Of a DNA stretch of 64,000 nucleotides, positions 48,214 through 57,179 are shown piece after piece. The stretch covers positions 49,645 to 113,644 of the forward strand of contig DAIDIE010000019.1 of assembly GCA_027459505.1 (NCBI GenBank), in the 5' to 3' direction. Source of the DNA: Acidobacteriota bacterium. GTDB lineage: Bacteria; Acidobacteriota; Terriglobia; Terriglobales; SCQP01. Each line of letters starts with the position of its first letter. The first letter of the stretch is position 1. Under the pieces are notes generated by a model, which saw only the letters and a program-made list of their open reading frames with translations, was not told the origin of the DNA and made no database searches. The position numbers were made by a program, and so were the translations under genes.

Positions 48214-49473
48214 TCAATCCGGATAGACACACCGGAACGCCCCATACAGATATGGATAACTTGGCCGGAACCAGTTGCGGAACGAGCGCCGCAGCAGGGG
48301 CGCGGCGGTGCGCGCCGAACCGCCTTTCAAAACGAAGTGGCTGTCATCGAAAAAGTTGGCGGAGTAGCCGGGATAAAAGCTGAAAGGCCCGAAACCGGGG
48401 AAGGGGGCGAAGCGTGTCGCCGTCCATTCCCAGCCGTTGCCCACTAACTGGGAAACGCCGAAGGCGCTATCGCCGCCCGGCGTGGCGTGTACGGGGACCG
48501 GATCCCACGCCGCGAAGTCGAAGTTGCCGGTTGAGCGGCCCTGCTCGTCGTGGCTGGTGAACTCGTTGCCCCAAGGGAAGGCGCGCTCGGCGCCACCCTC
48601 GTCCGCCTCCGGCGTTCCGTAGGCGGCGCGATGAAACTGCGCCTCGGTGGGAAGGCTCGCCTGTTTCCAGGCGGCAAAGCTTTCCGCCTGATCGTGGGAG
48701 ACGTACACTGGCCAGTCCAGCGGCAGCGGAACGCGGCCAAACATCGTTCTCCAGTACCAGCGCCCGTTCTGCTCAAGCCAGAAGTGGGGTGGCGCGGCGC
48801 CCGCGGCAACAAACTCCAGGTAGTCGCGGTTGGTCACCTTGAAGCGATCGATGCGGAAGGCGGGGACCAAGACGGAGTGTTCGTCGTACTCGTTGTCCCA
48901 TCCAAAGCCGGGACTGGATTGGGAACGGCCCAGGGTGGCCCATCCGGCGGGGATCAAAACGGTTTCATGGCGCGGCGCGGGACCGGCGGAGTCGTCCGTT
49001 TGCAGGGGCGCCGCCGCCTTGGGCTTCAGCTCCGGCGCCAGGTTATGCAGCATGTAGGCAAATGTCTCGGCGTGTTCCAGGCGGTGCTCGATGCACACCT
49101 GCTGAATCACCTCGGGAACGTGTCCGGAGGCAAAGGCTTCGGCGGCGGCCAGACGGGCGCGGCGCGCGTAAGCCTCGACCTGCTCCCGGCGCGGCCACGC
49201 CTCGGGCGGCTCGCTGGGAAGCAGGCCTTGCGCTGGATCAATGCCAAAGGAAAAAAGGTGGTCCAGCTCCGCGTCAAAGGCGGGGAGTTGGAGCGCTTCC
49301 CGCACCTGGTTCCAGTCGAAGGCCTCGAGGTGGCCCAGATAAAAGATGATGCGGTGCCGCTCCGGAATCGGCCGCACATAGAAGGTTGACGGCGCGAGGA
49401 GGGCAAAGAGCGCGTCGCTCTGCTCGCAGCCGGCCAGCCAGGCGGACGAGACCCCAACGGAAGCGGATGGCAT
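48214..49473 (-). CDS. egtB: EgtB-like sulfoxide synthase (DinB-like + FGE-sulfatase domain)
   Basis: FYLGH and EHRLEHAE iron ligands, FGWDNE, LPTEAQ, GNGWEWT, FRNW; adjacent to egtD; start uncertain. Confidence 0.8.
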   Translation of the reverse strand: MPSASVGVSSAWLAGCEQSDALFALLAPSTFYVRPIPERHRIIFYLGHLEAFDWNQVREALQLPAFDAELDHLFSFGIDPAQGLLPSEPPEAWPRREQVEAYARRARLAAAEAFASGHVPEVIQQVCIEHRLEHAETFAYMLHNLAPELKPKAAAPLQTDDSAGPAPRHETVLIPAGWATLGRSQSSPGFGWDNEYDEHSVLVPAFRIDRFKVTNRDYLEFVAAGAAPPHFWLEQNGRWYWRTMFGRVPLPLDWPVYVSHDQAESFAAWKQASLPTEAQFHRAAYGTPEADEGGAERAFPWGNEFTSHDEQGRSTGNFDFAAWDPVPVHATPGGDSAFGVSQLVGNGWEWTATRFAPFPGFGPFSFYPGYSANFFDDSHFVLKGGSARTAAPLLRRSFRNWFRPSYPYLYGAFRCVYPD

Positions 49474-50345
49474 CTGCAGTGAGAACCGCTGCCCAACCGC
49501 GAGGTTGCCTTCGCAAGCGGTATCGGCGGGAATCTGGCAGCACCACACTGACCTTGCGTCGCCATACGCGGCGATGAGACAGGTCTTTTGACCAAAGGGC
49601 CCTCGACGGCTCGCATTTTCCCTAGTGGCGCATTGCATGTGGCAGATCTGCTCGGCAAAACTCACGAACCGCGGGTGTCTCATTCGATGATGGCGATCAC
49701 CGCTCGCGGGTGGGGAGCTTGTCAGGCGCGGTGAGACACAACTCTTTGTCCCAAGTACCGCTGCTGTGAGTGGTATTCGCTTATCTCACAAGCGAAATCG
49801 GGGGCACACCGGTCCGGAATGGACGATTTTGTGTGTCTCATTTGTTGATGGTCCTCACAGATTGCAGAGTGCGTACGCCGCACACCGTGAAAAGTCGCGC
49901 CTCCTGAACAGCGTGAGACGCCTGAATTCGTTCGGCGATATCCGCCTTTTCCTGTTACGAGAGCAGCGGCAGGATGCTGGGCTCCGGATTCGGGGCCGGC
50001 TGCGGCCGGAAGGGGAGGGGACAAGGTTTGTGTGGGCGATAGTGTTTGCGGGGCCTTTTCGACTTGGCCATGACAGTAGCTCCTTGAAGTGGTTAGAGCG
50101 GCTCCGGTGAAAAGAAAAGCGTGCGGAGAGAGCCGGGCTCCGGCAGACACGCGTGCATCCGCGCGGAATGTGACTGCGAGCGCGCGGTGTGCAGTAGGTG
50201 CGCAGTGATGGGATGCGGCAGGAAGTGGGACGGGTTCTACGGCAGTGCAGTCACTTTATTGTTGCGGGAATGTTACGGAGTTGTTGCGAGCGGGGAAGGT
50301 TGACAGTGCACAGTGCACAGCTCACCGTAGGGCGCGGCGGGGGTG

Positions 50346-50431
50346 GGTTCGGGGCACTTCACCGCCGGTAACAGCCACGTGGTGCTTGCCTCGACGCAGT
50401 TTTCGCCGTATGGTCTGGTGATGCGCCATGC
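50346..50431 (+). repeat. Direct repeat copy 1, Rhs-core-like relic
   Basis: About 86 nt, roughly 90% identical to 51866-51951; encodes GSGHFTAGNSHVVLASTQFSPYGLV. Confidence 0.8.
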
Positions 50432-50562
50432 GGGGAGGAATACCGCGGGTCCAAGATGTGCGACTTACAAGACCACCCGTTGGCGGGGCTGGGCCGTCAG
50501 TGTGAGGGTCCTAACTCTGGGAACGGTGCTCGTCCGTTTCCGGCGCGGCGCTTTGTGGCGCT

Positions 50563-50721
50563 GGCATCGAGATGATTGCGCCCAATCAACGGAACCGAGG
50601 GCGCACCCAGGATGGCCGGACCGTCCGCCGAAAGCGCCACAGGTGGCTGGTCGAACGGGTGTTCGCCTGGCTTCACAACTTCCGGCGGCTCGTGACGCGC
50701 TAAAAACATCATGTCGAGAAT
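50563..50721 (+). mobile_element. IS5-family transposase C-terminal remnant
   Basis: Manual translation [52 protein letters not shown] carries the IS5 RW.VER.FAWL..FRRL motif, with an in-frame stop at 50701. Confidence 0.85.
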
Positions 50722-50773
50722 CGCTTATTCTGCAGTGATAGAATCCATCCCACACCAGTGTGGTTAGCCAACC

Positions 50774-51070
50774 ATGATTGAAAGCAATAGCCCCACATCC
50801 CCTAATGAGAAGAACCGCCGAGACGAAAGACTTATGTTTATTGTTATAAGCGGTGCGCTGCTTTTTGTATGGGCACAGTTCCTGGTGCGCCTGATCGCGC
50901 GGTGGAGCGGGCTAACGGAAGTTGCTCGCAGAGACGTTGGCGGCCTAATGTTGTTCTTCTGCTTAACGTGGGTCAGCCTGCTCCGCGGCAAGAGGAATCC
51001 AATCTCGGTCCTAATGTTGCTGGTTCTGCTCATGTTTGCATGGAAGGTCGTCAGATTGGCTGGAGTGTAG
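50774..51070 (+). CDS. Small hypothetical membrane protein (candidate orphan immunity protein)
   Basis: 98 aa with three hydrophobic segments; visibly lower GC than the flanks. Confidence 0.55.
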   Translation: MIESNSPTSPNEKNRRDERLMFIVISGALLFVWAQFLVRLIARWSGLTEVARRDVGGLMLFFCLTWVSLLRGKRNPISVLMLLVLLMFAWKVVRLAGV

Positions 51071-51258
51071 TGAGGGCTGGACCGGAACGCGCCTCGGATG
51101 TGGTAAGTATTAAGGAGAGGGAACAGACCAGGCCTCGCCCCAGGCGTGCTGGCTCAGCCCCGACCCCGCCGGCCTGTCCGTGGTGGATCCCAGCAATTGT
51201 CTGAAATAGGCAACGCGTTGTTCAATCTAGCCAAGGGCTCTGAACGCCCTGTCCAGTA

Positions 51259-51702
51259 ATGCCTGCCAATGACCGGGTGGATGCCAGGCGTGTGCTGCTT
51301 GTGGGACTGATCAATATGACAGAACAGATGTCTACCTTTAACGAGGAAAGCGGCGGGAGGCCAACTTCGCCCCGTTACAGCCTTAACCTCAGTAATGTCG
51401 TTCGCGCGGCGGCCACGTTGCTTTTCCTGGTGACTGAGGCAATAGCTATCGCCGTTCTAGCCAGATACCGAAGCTCGTCCTTCAACGGCAGTCTTGTTGC
51501 TAGCTTGGTGCCCGTGCTGGCCGCGGTGCCATGGCTAGCAGGGGTATTGGCCCATTTGCGCGTCCAAAAGATCGTTGCACCTCCCCAGCTTCGAGAGGAG
51601 ACCGTGGATCGCTTGACGGCACTCGTTGCTAATATGGTCGCAGCTTCATATTGTGCCCTTTTGCCGTGCGAATTATTGCTAGTGAACCTACTGCCCCGTT
51701 GA
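51259..51702 (+). CDS. Hypothetical membrane protein (candidate orphan immunity protein)
   Basis: Three TM segments; atypical composition; start uncertain. Confidence 0.55.
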   Translation: MPANDRVDARRVLLVGLINMTEQMSTFNEESGGRPTSPRYSLNLSNVVRAAATLLFLVTEAIAIAVLARYRSSSFNGSLVASLVPVLAAVPWLAGVLAHLRVQKIVAPPQLREETVDRLTALVANMVAASYCALLPCELLLVNLLPR

Positions 51703-51865
51703 ACATCCGAGCAACCTGGGTTTTGCGTTCGCCGCCTCCACTCTGCGTCCGTGCTGGGTTTGGCTAGGCGCGCGGGAAGACAAGGCCACAAGAGACCGAA
51801 GTATCGGCGGTGCAAGGGGTGCGGCCGCGTCGCGGAAGCGGCCCTGCCAGTACGCTTGCTGGCTC

Positions 51866-51951
51866 GGTTCGGGGAGCTTCACCACCGACAACAGCCACGT
51901 GGTGCTTGCCTCGATGCAGTTTTCGCCGTATGGTCTGGTGATGAGCAATGC
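51866..51951 (+). repeat. Direct repeat copy 2, Rhs-core-like relic
   Basis: With its flank it encodes YACWLGSGSFTTDNSHVVLASMQFSPYGLVMSNA, resembling the Rhs core D(H/W)LGS....TD..G......Y.PYG. Confidence 0.8.
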
Positions 51952-51973
51952 CGAGGAGCAACAAGGAGGCGTG

Positions 51974-52681
51974 ATGGATAATCACGATACCCCGGACGAA
52001 ATAGGTGCGCGCGGTGACCTCACTCGTCTGGTCTTTGCTCTCGCGGGGCCTGGGGTGGCCTATTTTATAGCAAGCATGCTTCTTTCCCACTCTTTGGCTC
52101 GAGGCATCAAGTCTGGGCAGTTTGGTTTGATCTTCCGCGTTGGGTATCCAGGGCTTCTTATCATCTATACCCTGGCAATGCTCGCAGCAATCCTGTCGTA
52201 CGGCCCGCGGCGCGCGAGTTTCCGATGGGAAAAAGATGAGGAATGCCGGAGCACTCATCGACTGCTGAGTATTGGCCTCGGCATTGCAGGAGGACTGGCC
52301 TGTTGCGCTATCGCCGTGCCGGTCATGTTGACTCAAAATGAGGGCATCATCCTCGCCATCAACCCGGTCGTTTCGATTCACGGGCTTCTGCAGCTATTCC
52401 TTCTTGTGATTGCGATCCCATTCACCTCTGAAATCGTGTTTCGAGGGATGGTGTTCAGGCGACTTGCCGAGCATATGACCCTATCTGCCGCGGTGATAGC
52501 TAGTACCGCCTTATTTATGATGTGGTGGCCAGTTCTAGGATGGTATGCAGCAGCCAGCTTAGGCCTTGTCTCGGCTGGCCTCTTTAGAAAGACCGGGACT
52601 CTTACGGCCTCAATTACTGCAAGTGCGGTTCTCAGCCTGGGCAGCACGGTCCTGATTCTGCTGTTTGGATACAGGCAATAG
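51974..52681 (+). CDS. CPBP/Abi (CAAX protease-like) membrane protein with degenerate active site
   Basis: AGGAGG RBS; multi-TM; PFTSEIVFRG and KTGTLTASI motifs; conserved His residues absent. Confidence 0.7.
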   Translation: MDNHDTPDEIGARGDLTRLVFALAGPGVAYFIASMLLSHSLARGIKSGQFGLIFRVGYPGLLIIYTLAMLAAILSYGPRRASFRWEKDEECRSTHRLLSIGLGIAGGLACCAIAVPVMLTQNEGIILAINPVVSIHGLLQLFLLVIAIPFTSEIVFRGMVFRRLAEHMTLSAAVIASTALFMMWWPVLGWYAAASLGLVSAGLFRKTGTLTASITASAVLSLGSTVLILLFGYRQ

Positions 52682-52753
52682 CGTGTATGGTAGGCGGCAT
52701 TTCGGTGGCTGCCAGCACGCCGACTGGTTTGCGGCCGCGTTAGGGGGGGGCTC

Positions 52754-53320
52754 GTGAGACATCAAAGCTCAGTACTTGCAGTGTTGCTATTGTTGGGCAG
52801 CGCTCTTACCGTCAAAGCAGCGCTGCCATCGAGGGAAGTATTGCTGCTCGAAAATGATGCGACCCGACAGTGGTGCGCATATGGCAGCGAAACCCGTTGG
52901 AAGAAAGACAGGGACAGGACAGAAGCCTTAGCCGTTGGTAGTGTGACCTACGCAGACGGCCATATCGCCCAAATTACCGTCACAGAAGAGGGTGAGTCCG
53001 GTGATTGGATTGTAAAAGACCAATACAGTCTCGCCAGAACTGGGGACATCACTTCTTTACTGCGCAGGATACATGTGCTCCCGGGGCGCAGGAGCGTTAC
53101 GATCCGTTACCGTATTTGCAAACGAAAAGCAATCGAGACTGCCAGGGTGGAGAAGGACCTGAGCACAGGCGCCGTGCTTACCCGGCCGGAGGCGATTTGG
53201 TTGCCAGACTACCCAATCCGTACCCGCGTTGAGCAGTTTCCGTATGCTGCCATGTTCAAGCTTGGTCAGAGGCTGCTCAGCGGGAGGCATTGCGTTTCAG
53301 AGGCAGCTCGCAAGCACTAG
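52754..53320 (+). CDS. Hypothetical secreted protein
   Basis: Signal peptide (VLAVLLLLGSALTVKA); beta-rich mature region; no family recognised. Confidence 0.6.
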   Translation: MRHQSSVLAVLLLLGSALTVKAALPSREVLLLENDATRQWCAYGSETRWKKDRDRTEALAVGSVTYADGHIAQITVTEEGESGDWIVKDQYSLARTGDITSLLRRIHVLPGRRSVTIRYRICKRKAIETARVEKDLSTGAVLTRPEAIWLPDYPIRTRVEQFPYAAMFKLGQRLLSGRHCVSEAARKH

Positions 53321-53364
53321 CAGGCCGTGGCCACCTCACATCGTGCCAATGGCGACACTTCGTA

Positions 53365-53544
53365 GAGGCACGGCCTCGTCTCCTTCAGGCCGCCCGCTCC
53401 CGTTGGTCGCTGGCACGTTCTCCAGTGAAAACGTGAAGCCGCCGATGCCGGGCTCCTCTCCCGCGCGAGGGGGCCGCCCTTCGGAATTTCGCGGCCCTCC
53501 ACCTGCGATCTCCTCCCGCAGGGAGGACTCGGTGGCTCGCTCCT
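53365..53544 (-). repeat. Dispersed structured repeat, subtype B (full copy, minus strand)
   Basis: The reverse complement aligns end to end with 59455-59655: AGGAGCGAGCC.CCGAGTC...GGGAGGAGATC..CGCAGGTG.AGGGCCGCGAAATTCCG..GGGCGGCCCC...CCCGGC.TCGGCGGCTT...CTGAAGGAGACGAG.CCGTG.CTC. Confidence 0.9.
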
Positions 53545-53847
53545 CTGGAGCCAGTCCTTGGCGCTGGCCGCCTGGCGCTAGGGGCTCTATCCCGCCTGCG
53601 ATGGAAGTGGACTTGTGCGCTGAGGCGGGACGGGGCGTGGAGGCTGCGCGGCTATCGTTCGGAAACTGCACTCGCGGCGGCCTCCAGGGCTACCAGCACG
53701 CCGGCTGGCTGGACTTGGGGCGCTTCACGGCTGAAAAAGTGTTGCGGGGCAAGCGGTCCATTGGGATAGGATGAGGCGTCCTTCCCCTGAAGCTGGCGGG
53801 GAGGATCGAAACGTTCGCGGCATGAGCAGGGCAAGGAGTGTGCACAT

Positions 53848-54255
53848 ATGTTGAAGGGTTTCCGTGATTTCGTGTTGCGCGGCAACGTGATGGATCTGGC
53901 GGTTGCGGTGGTCATCGGCGCCGCGTTTACCCGCATTGTGGGCGCGCTGGTGAAGGATATTATCAATCCGCTGATCGCCGCGATTTTCCATCAACCGAAC
54001 TTCGCCTCGCTGGTGGTGACGATCCATGGCGGCAAGATTCTGTACGGCAGTTTTTTGAATGAGGTGATCAACTTCATTCTGATCGCGGCGGTTGTCTACT
54101 TTGTCTTTGTCGTTCCGGTGAACAAGCTGATGGCGCGATTGTTTCCGGCGAAGGCGGAGCCCGCCAAGACCATGCCTTGCCCGGAGTGCATGAGCGACAT
54201 CCCGATAGGGGCGAGGCGATGCGCGCACTGCGCTCAGCCGGTAGTGACGGCCTGA
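53848..54255 (+). CDS. mscL: Large-conductance mechanosensitive channel with C-terminal zinc ribbon
   Basis: FRDFVLRGNVMDLAVAVVIGAAF, YGSFLNEVINF and tail CPEC..IP..ARRCAHC. Confidence 0.95.
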   Translation: MLKGFRDFVLRGNVMDLAVAVVIGAAFTRIVGALVKDIINPLIAAIFHQPNFASLVVTIHGGKILYGSFLNEVINFILIAAVVYFVFVVPVNKLMARLFPAKAEPAKTMPCPECMSDIPIGARRCAHCAQPVVTA

Positions 54256-54411
54256 CGGGGAGCGGTGAAAAGCGCGGAACGGCTGTGTTATTGACAGTCG
54301 ATAGCCGGCGCTTGGCCACGGAAGACAAGGCCGCTTGCTGGGCGGCAAGTGCTTGGGGCAAGGTGAATGCGCGATGACTAAGCGCAAGCGCGCCTGTGCG
54401 CGTCACAGGCG

Positions 54412-55989
54412 TTAAGGTTGTAAGGTGTCCGCGAATAATGCTCGCTGCCGCTCTACGCGGGCATGGCTTCCGATAAGCTTGAGTATTTCAACGGCTGGGG
54501 CCTGCGCGAGCTCCCTTGGCTCGACCTTGTGCAGGCCTCCGCCGTACACCCTGCCCTCCGAAACCAGGCGGGAGGGTGCGATGCGCTGGAGGGCGTTGAA
54601 GACCTGCTCCGCCAGCGCCGGTCGCGTTTCTATGGCGGCCGTCAAGTGTGCCTTGGGATAGAGCAGGAGGTAGACGTTGTGCGCGGTCGCCTGAGAGCGG
54701 TTCCACAGAAAACGGAAGGCGGAGTTCCGCCTGCCCGCGCGGCCCATGTAGGTACAGAGAAATGGCGCGGCAGGGCGCCGCTCCTGGGCATACCAGGGAG
54801 CGCGATGGCTGGCGAGGTAAGAGTCCGGCACGCCCTCGCGATGTCCCTTCTGAAGGTAGTCATAAAGGCGCGGCCAGCGGCTTCGGATCACCTCTTCCGG
54901 CTCGGCGCAGTCAAGCAGGTAAAGCCGTGGTTCAACGTCCGGGTCACCATTTGGAAGTGCGGAAATCACGTCCGCGCCGAGGTGCCGGGGGCTGGGAAGT
55001 ATGGGTTTGACACAGGCCCGCGGTATACCCCAGTCGCGCATCTGCCCCGGCGTCAATATAAAGAAAGAATTCGCCCCGGTGGCCAGGCCGCGCTTGATAT
55101 CGAAGAGCTCACCAAGGCGCGGTTCGTCCGCAGGTACGGCAGAGGGCCTCTCAAGAAGCTGCGTCCATTTCCGGGAGGCGCGCAAAGCGGGAAGGGTGAG
55201 GCGCGCCTCGCGCTCTGGCGCTTCAATCCCGCCGCCATAGGAGAACTTCACCAGGTGCGCGGCGGGGGGAAGCGACTTCCGGAAGACGACTACGCAAGAG
55301 GAGACCAGAGCATCCGCGAATTGAACGTCGTGAGGGCTGAAGCGGTGGAGGTGCAATAAGGTCACCCGCTCGGAGAGATAGTGGCGCAGGCTTGACCCAT
55401 AGTTGACGTCCATGAACTCGGAAGGCACCAGCCACAACCCAAGCCCTTGTTCATCCAGCCAATCGTGAGAGAGGAGCAGGAAATAACAGTAGAGTCCAGC
55501 GAGGCCGCTCATCTTCATGCGCAGAGAGCCGAAAAGACGCTCTCTGAGGCGCTGCTTGTGAACAGGATCGAGATGGTGGTGGCGCACGTACGGCGGATTA
55601 GTGAGGATAAAGTTGGCGCGGCGCTTTGGCGCCGGCTCGCTGGTGAAGTCTCCACGCCGAACGTTCAAGCCCGCCATCCCCCAGAGCTCCCGCGCCGCGT
55701 CCGCGAAGAGTGGATCCAGCTCGACACCTTCCGCCGACTCGATTAATCGCGACGGAACGGATTGCGACAACGCCGAGAAAAAGGCTCCCGTGCCAAGCGC
55801 GGGATCAAGAAAGCGGATCGGGCCACCGCCGAACAGTTTGCAGGCGTAGGTTGTCAGGCTGAGCGCAAGCGCCGCGGGTGTGGCGAACTGGCCCCACTGG
55901 TTGCGTTCGGCGGGCGACTTCAGGCAGTCGAGCCGCTGCTGTTCAGCCTGGCGCAGGAGTTCGATTTGGCGCAGCCGCTTTGCATTCAT
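54412..55989 (-). CDS. Type II N6-adenine DNA methyltransferase (gamma class, XamI/TaqI-like)
   Basis: GQFATP, motif I FLDPALGTGAF preceding motif IV NPPY, RGLATGANSFF; 4 nt downstream of the REase stop. Confidence 0.9.
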   Translation of the reverse strand: MNAKRLRQIELLRQAEQQRLDCLKSPAERNQWGQFATPAALALSLTTYACKLFGGGPIRFLDPALGTGAFFSALSQSVPSRLIESAEGVELDPLFADAARELWGMAGLNVRRGDFTSEPAPKRRANFILTNPPYVRHHHLDPVHKQRLRERLFGSLRMKMSGLAGLYCYFLLLSHDWLDEQGLGLWLVPSEFMDVNYGSSLRHYLSERVTLLHLHRFSPHDVQFADALVSSCVVVFRKSLPPAAHLVKFSYGGGIEAPEREARLTLPALRASRKWTQLLERPSAVPADEPRLGELFDIKRGLATGANSFFILTPGQMRDWGIPRACVKPILPSPRHLGADVISALPNGDPDVEPRLYLLDCAEPEEVIRSRWPRLYDYLQKGHREGVPDSYLASHRAPWYAQERRPAAPFLCTYMGRAGRRNSAFRFLWNRSQATAHNVYLLLYPKAHLTAAIETRPALAEQVFNALQRIAPSRLVSEGRVYGGGLHKVEPRELAQAPAVEILKLIGSHARVERQRALFADTLQP

Positions 55990-55993
55990 CGCT

Positions 55994-56953
55994 TCAAATT
56001 CCGAGCTTGTCCAGGTCCTGAGGGCGATGCTCCCAAACCCAGTCTATGCCTTCGGCAGCCTCGTAGCCGAGGTAGGCTGCATCAAAGTATCCGCACAGAA
56101 ACAGCACAAAAACAACCTGGCCGTAGGTCGCTTTGAGCTGGGTCATTTTTGTGGCCTCCTCCTTGCGGCGCTTATTGACGTTGGTGAAGTCGCCGGCGGA
56201 TTTCGCCTCAATGAAGATAGGAAGGTGCGGCGGCTTGGCGCTTTTGGGCTGCACCACGGCGTCAATGGGGATTTTGACCATCCGCTCCTCGGAACCGCTT
56301 GACTTTGCCTGCACATTGAAGCGAAACGAAAACGTGCCAGGCGTCATTTGGTTGAGATGCTGGCCTGATGAAGGTACCTGAAGCCGGTAGCCGCGGGCCT
56401 CAAGGTACTTGCGAAGCAGCGTGAGTTGCCGCTGTTCCTGAGCATTGCGAACAATGGGGTCTGCCAACGAGCCGCAAAGCCGGTCGGCCACAATCGTGGC
56501 GGCGCGGTACCGCTCCTGCCGCTTCGGTGGGCGGCCCTCCGCCAGCCAGGGGAAAATTTCGCCGTCGAGCATTAGCCGCAAAATTCTGGTGATCTTCTTC
56601 AATTCGGCGTCGAGCGCCTTGGGGGCCATGTGCGGAGGCAGCTTGCCCTCTTCCAAGCACCCAACCAGATTCTTGCCGCAGCCGGATAGGCCAACAAGGC
56701 GGTCGCGGGCAAGCGGAGGACAGGTGGACATGCGCAGCATGGGTAGGATCTCCGGGTTGGACTTGAGCAACCCGGGGGTGAGGGCGGACAGTCCCTGGCT
56801 TATGTTCAGGCCCGCTTCCACTCCTTCGACGGTGCGCTCCCGGGTTCGCCGGTAGGCCTCCGGCGCGAATTTCATGAACCACCGGTTGAACTGATCCACG
56901 GAGGCGCAGGTATCGGCCTTCCACAAATGCGGCTTGTCGGCATTAATGGACAT
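55994..56953 (-). CDS. XamI-family type II restriction endonuclease
   Basis: MSINADKPHLWKAD start, RNAQEQRQ, PD-(D/E)xK core IDAVV...IEAKSAGDFTNVNKRRKEE, WVWEHR. Confidence 0.85.
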   Translation of the reverse strand: MSINADKPHLWKADTCASVDQFNRWFMKFAPEAYRRTRERTVEGVEAGLNISQGLSALTPGLLKSNPEILPMLRMSTCPPLARDRLVGLSGCGKNLVGCLEEGKLPPHMAPKALDAELKKITRILRLMLDGEIFPWLAEGRPPKRQERYRAATIVADRLCGSLADPIVRNAQEQRQLTLLRKYLEARGYRLQVPSSGQHLNQMTPGTFSFRFNVQAKSSGSEERMVKIPIDAVVQPKSAKPPHLPIFIEAKSAGDFTNVNKRRKEEATKMTQLKATYGQVVFVLFLCGYFDAAYLGYEAAEGIDWVWEHRPQDLDKLGI

Positions 56954-57179
56954 GCACCAATTTAGCAGTGAATGACTCGGGAGCGGCATCTGCGCCGCGG
57001 CTGTGGCCGGGTGCGGGAGGTTGGAGGAACGCGGCGCTTGTACTGTGGTCGAGTAGCAGGCGGATGGGGCCGTGGTGGCCGGTTTCCAGAAGCACTGTTC
57101 CGAATGCTTTATATTGCGCCCTCTTTTTCCACCCAACCTTGTGCGGGGCGGGGGAATCACTCTGCTGAGAGGCGCTTGC

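Noticed and set aside
49570-49635. Cobalamin riboswitch upstream of egtB (minus strand GCCACT..GGGAA and GTCAAAAGACCTGTC)
   Set aside because: Only fragments resemble the B12 box; the 5' core (GGGAA..GGTG.AA.TCC, CCCC..CTGT) is absent.
49722-50303. ORFs 49722-50150 and 49766-50110 as genes
   Set aside because: No recognisable motifs or RBS, and they overlap each other. A 9-bp inverted repeat (49732/49832) is present but is too weak to call a structure.
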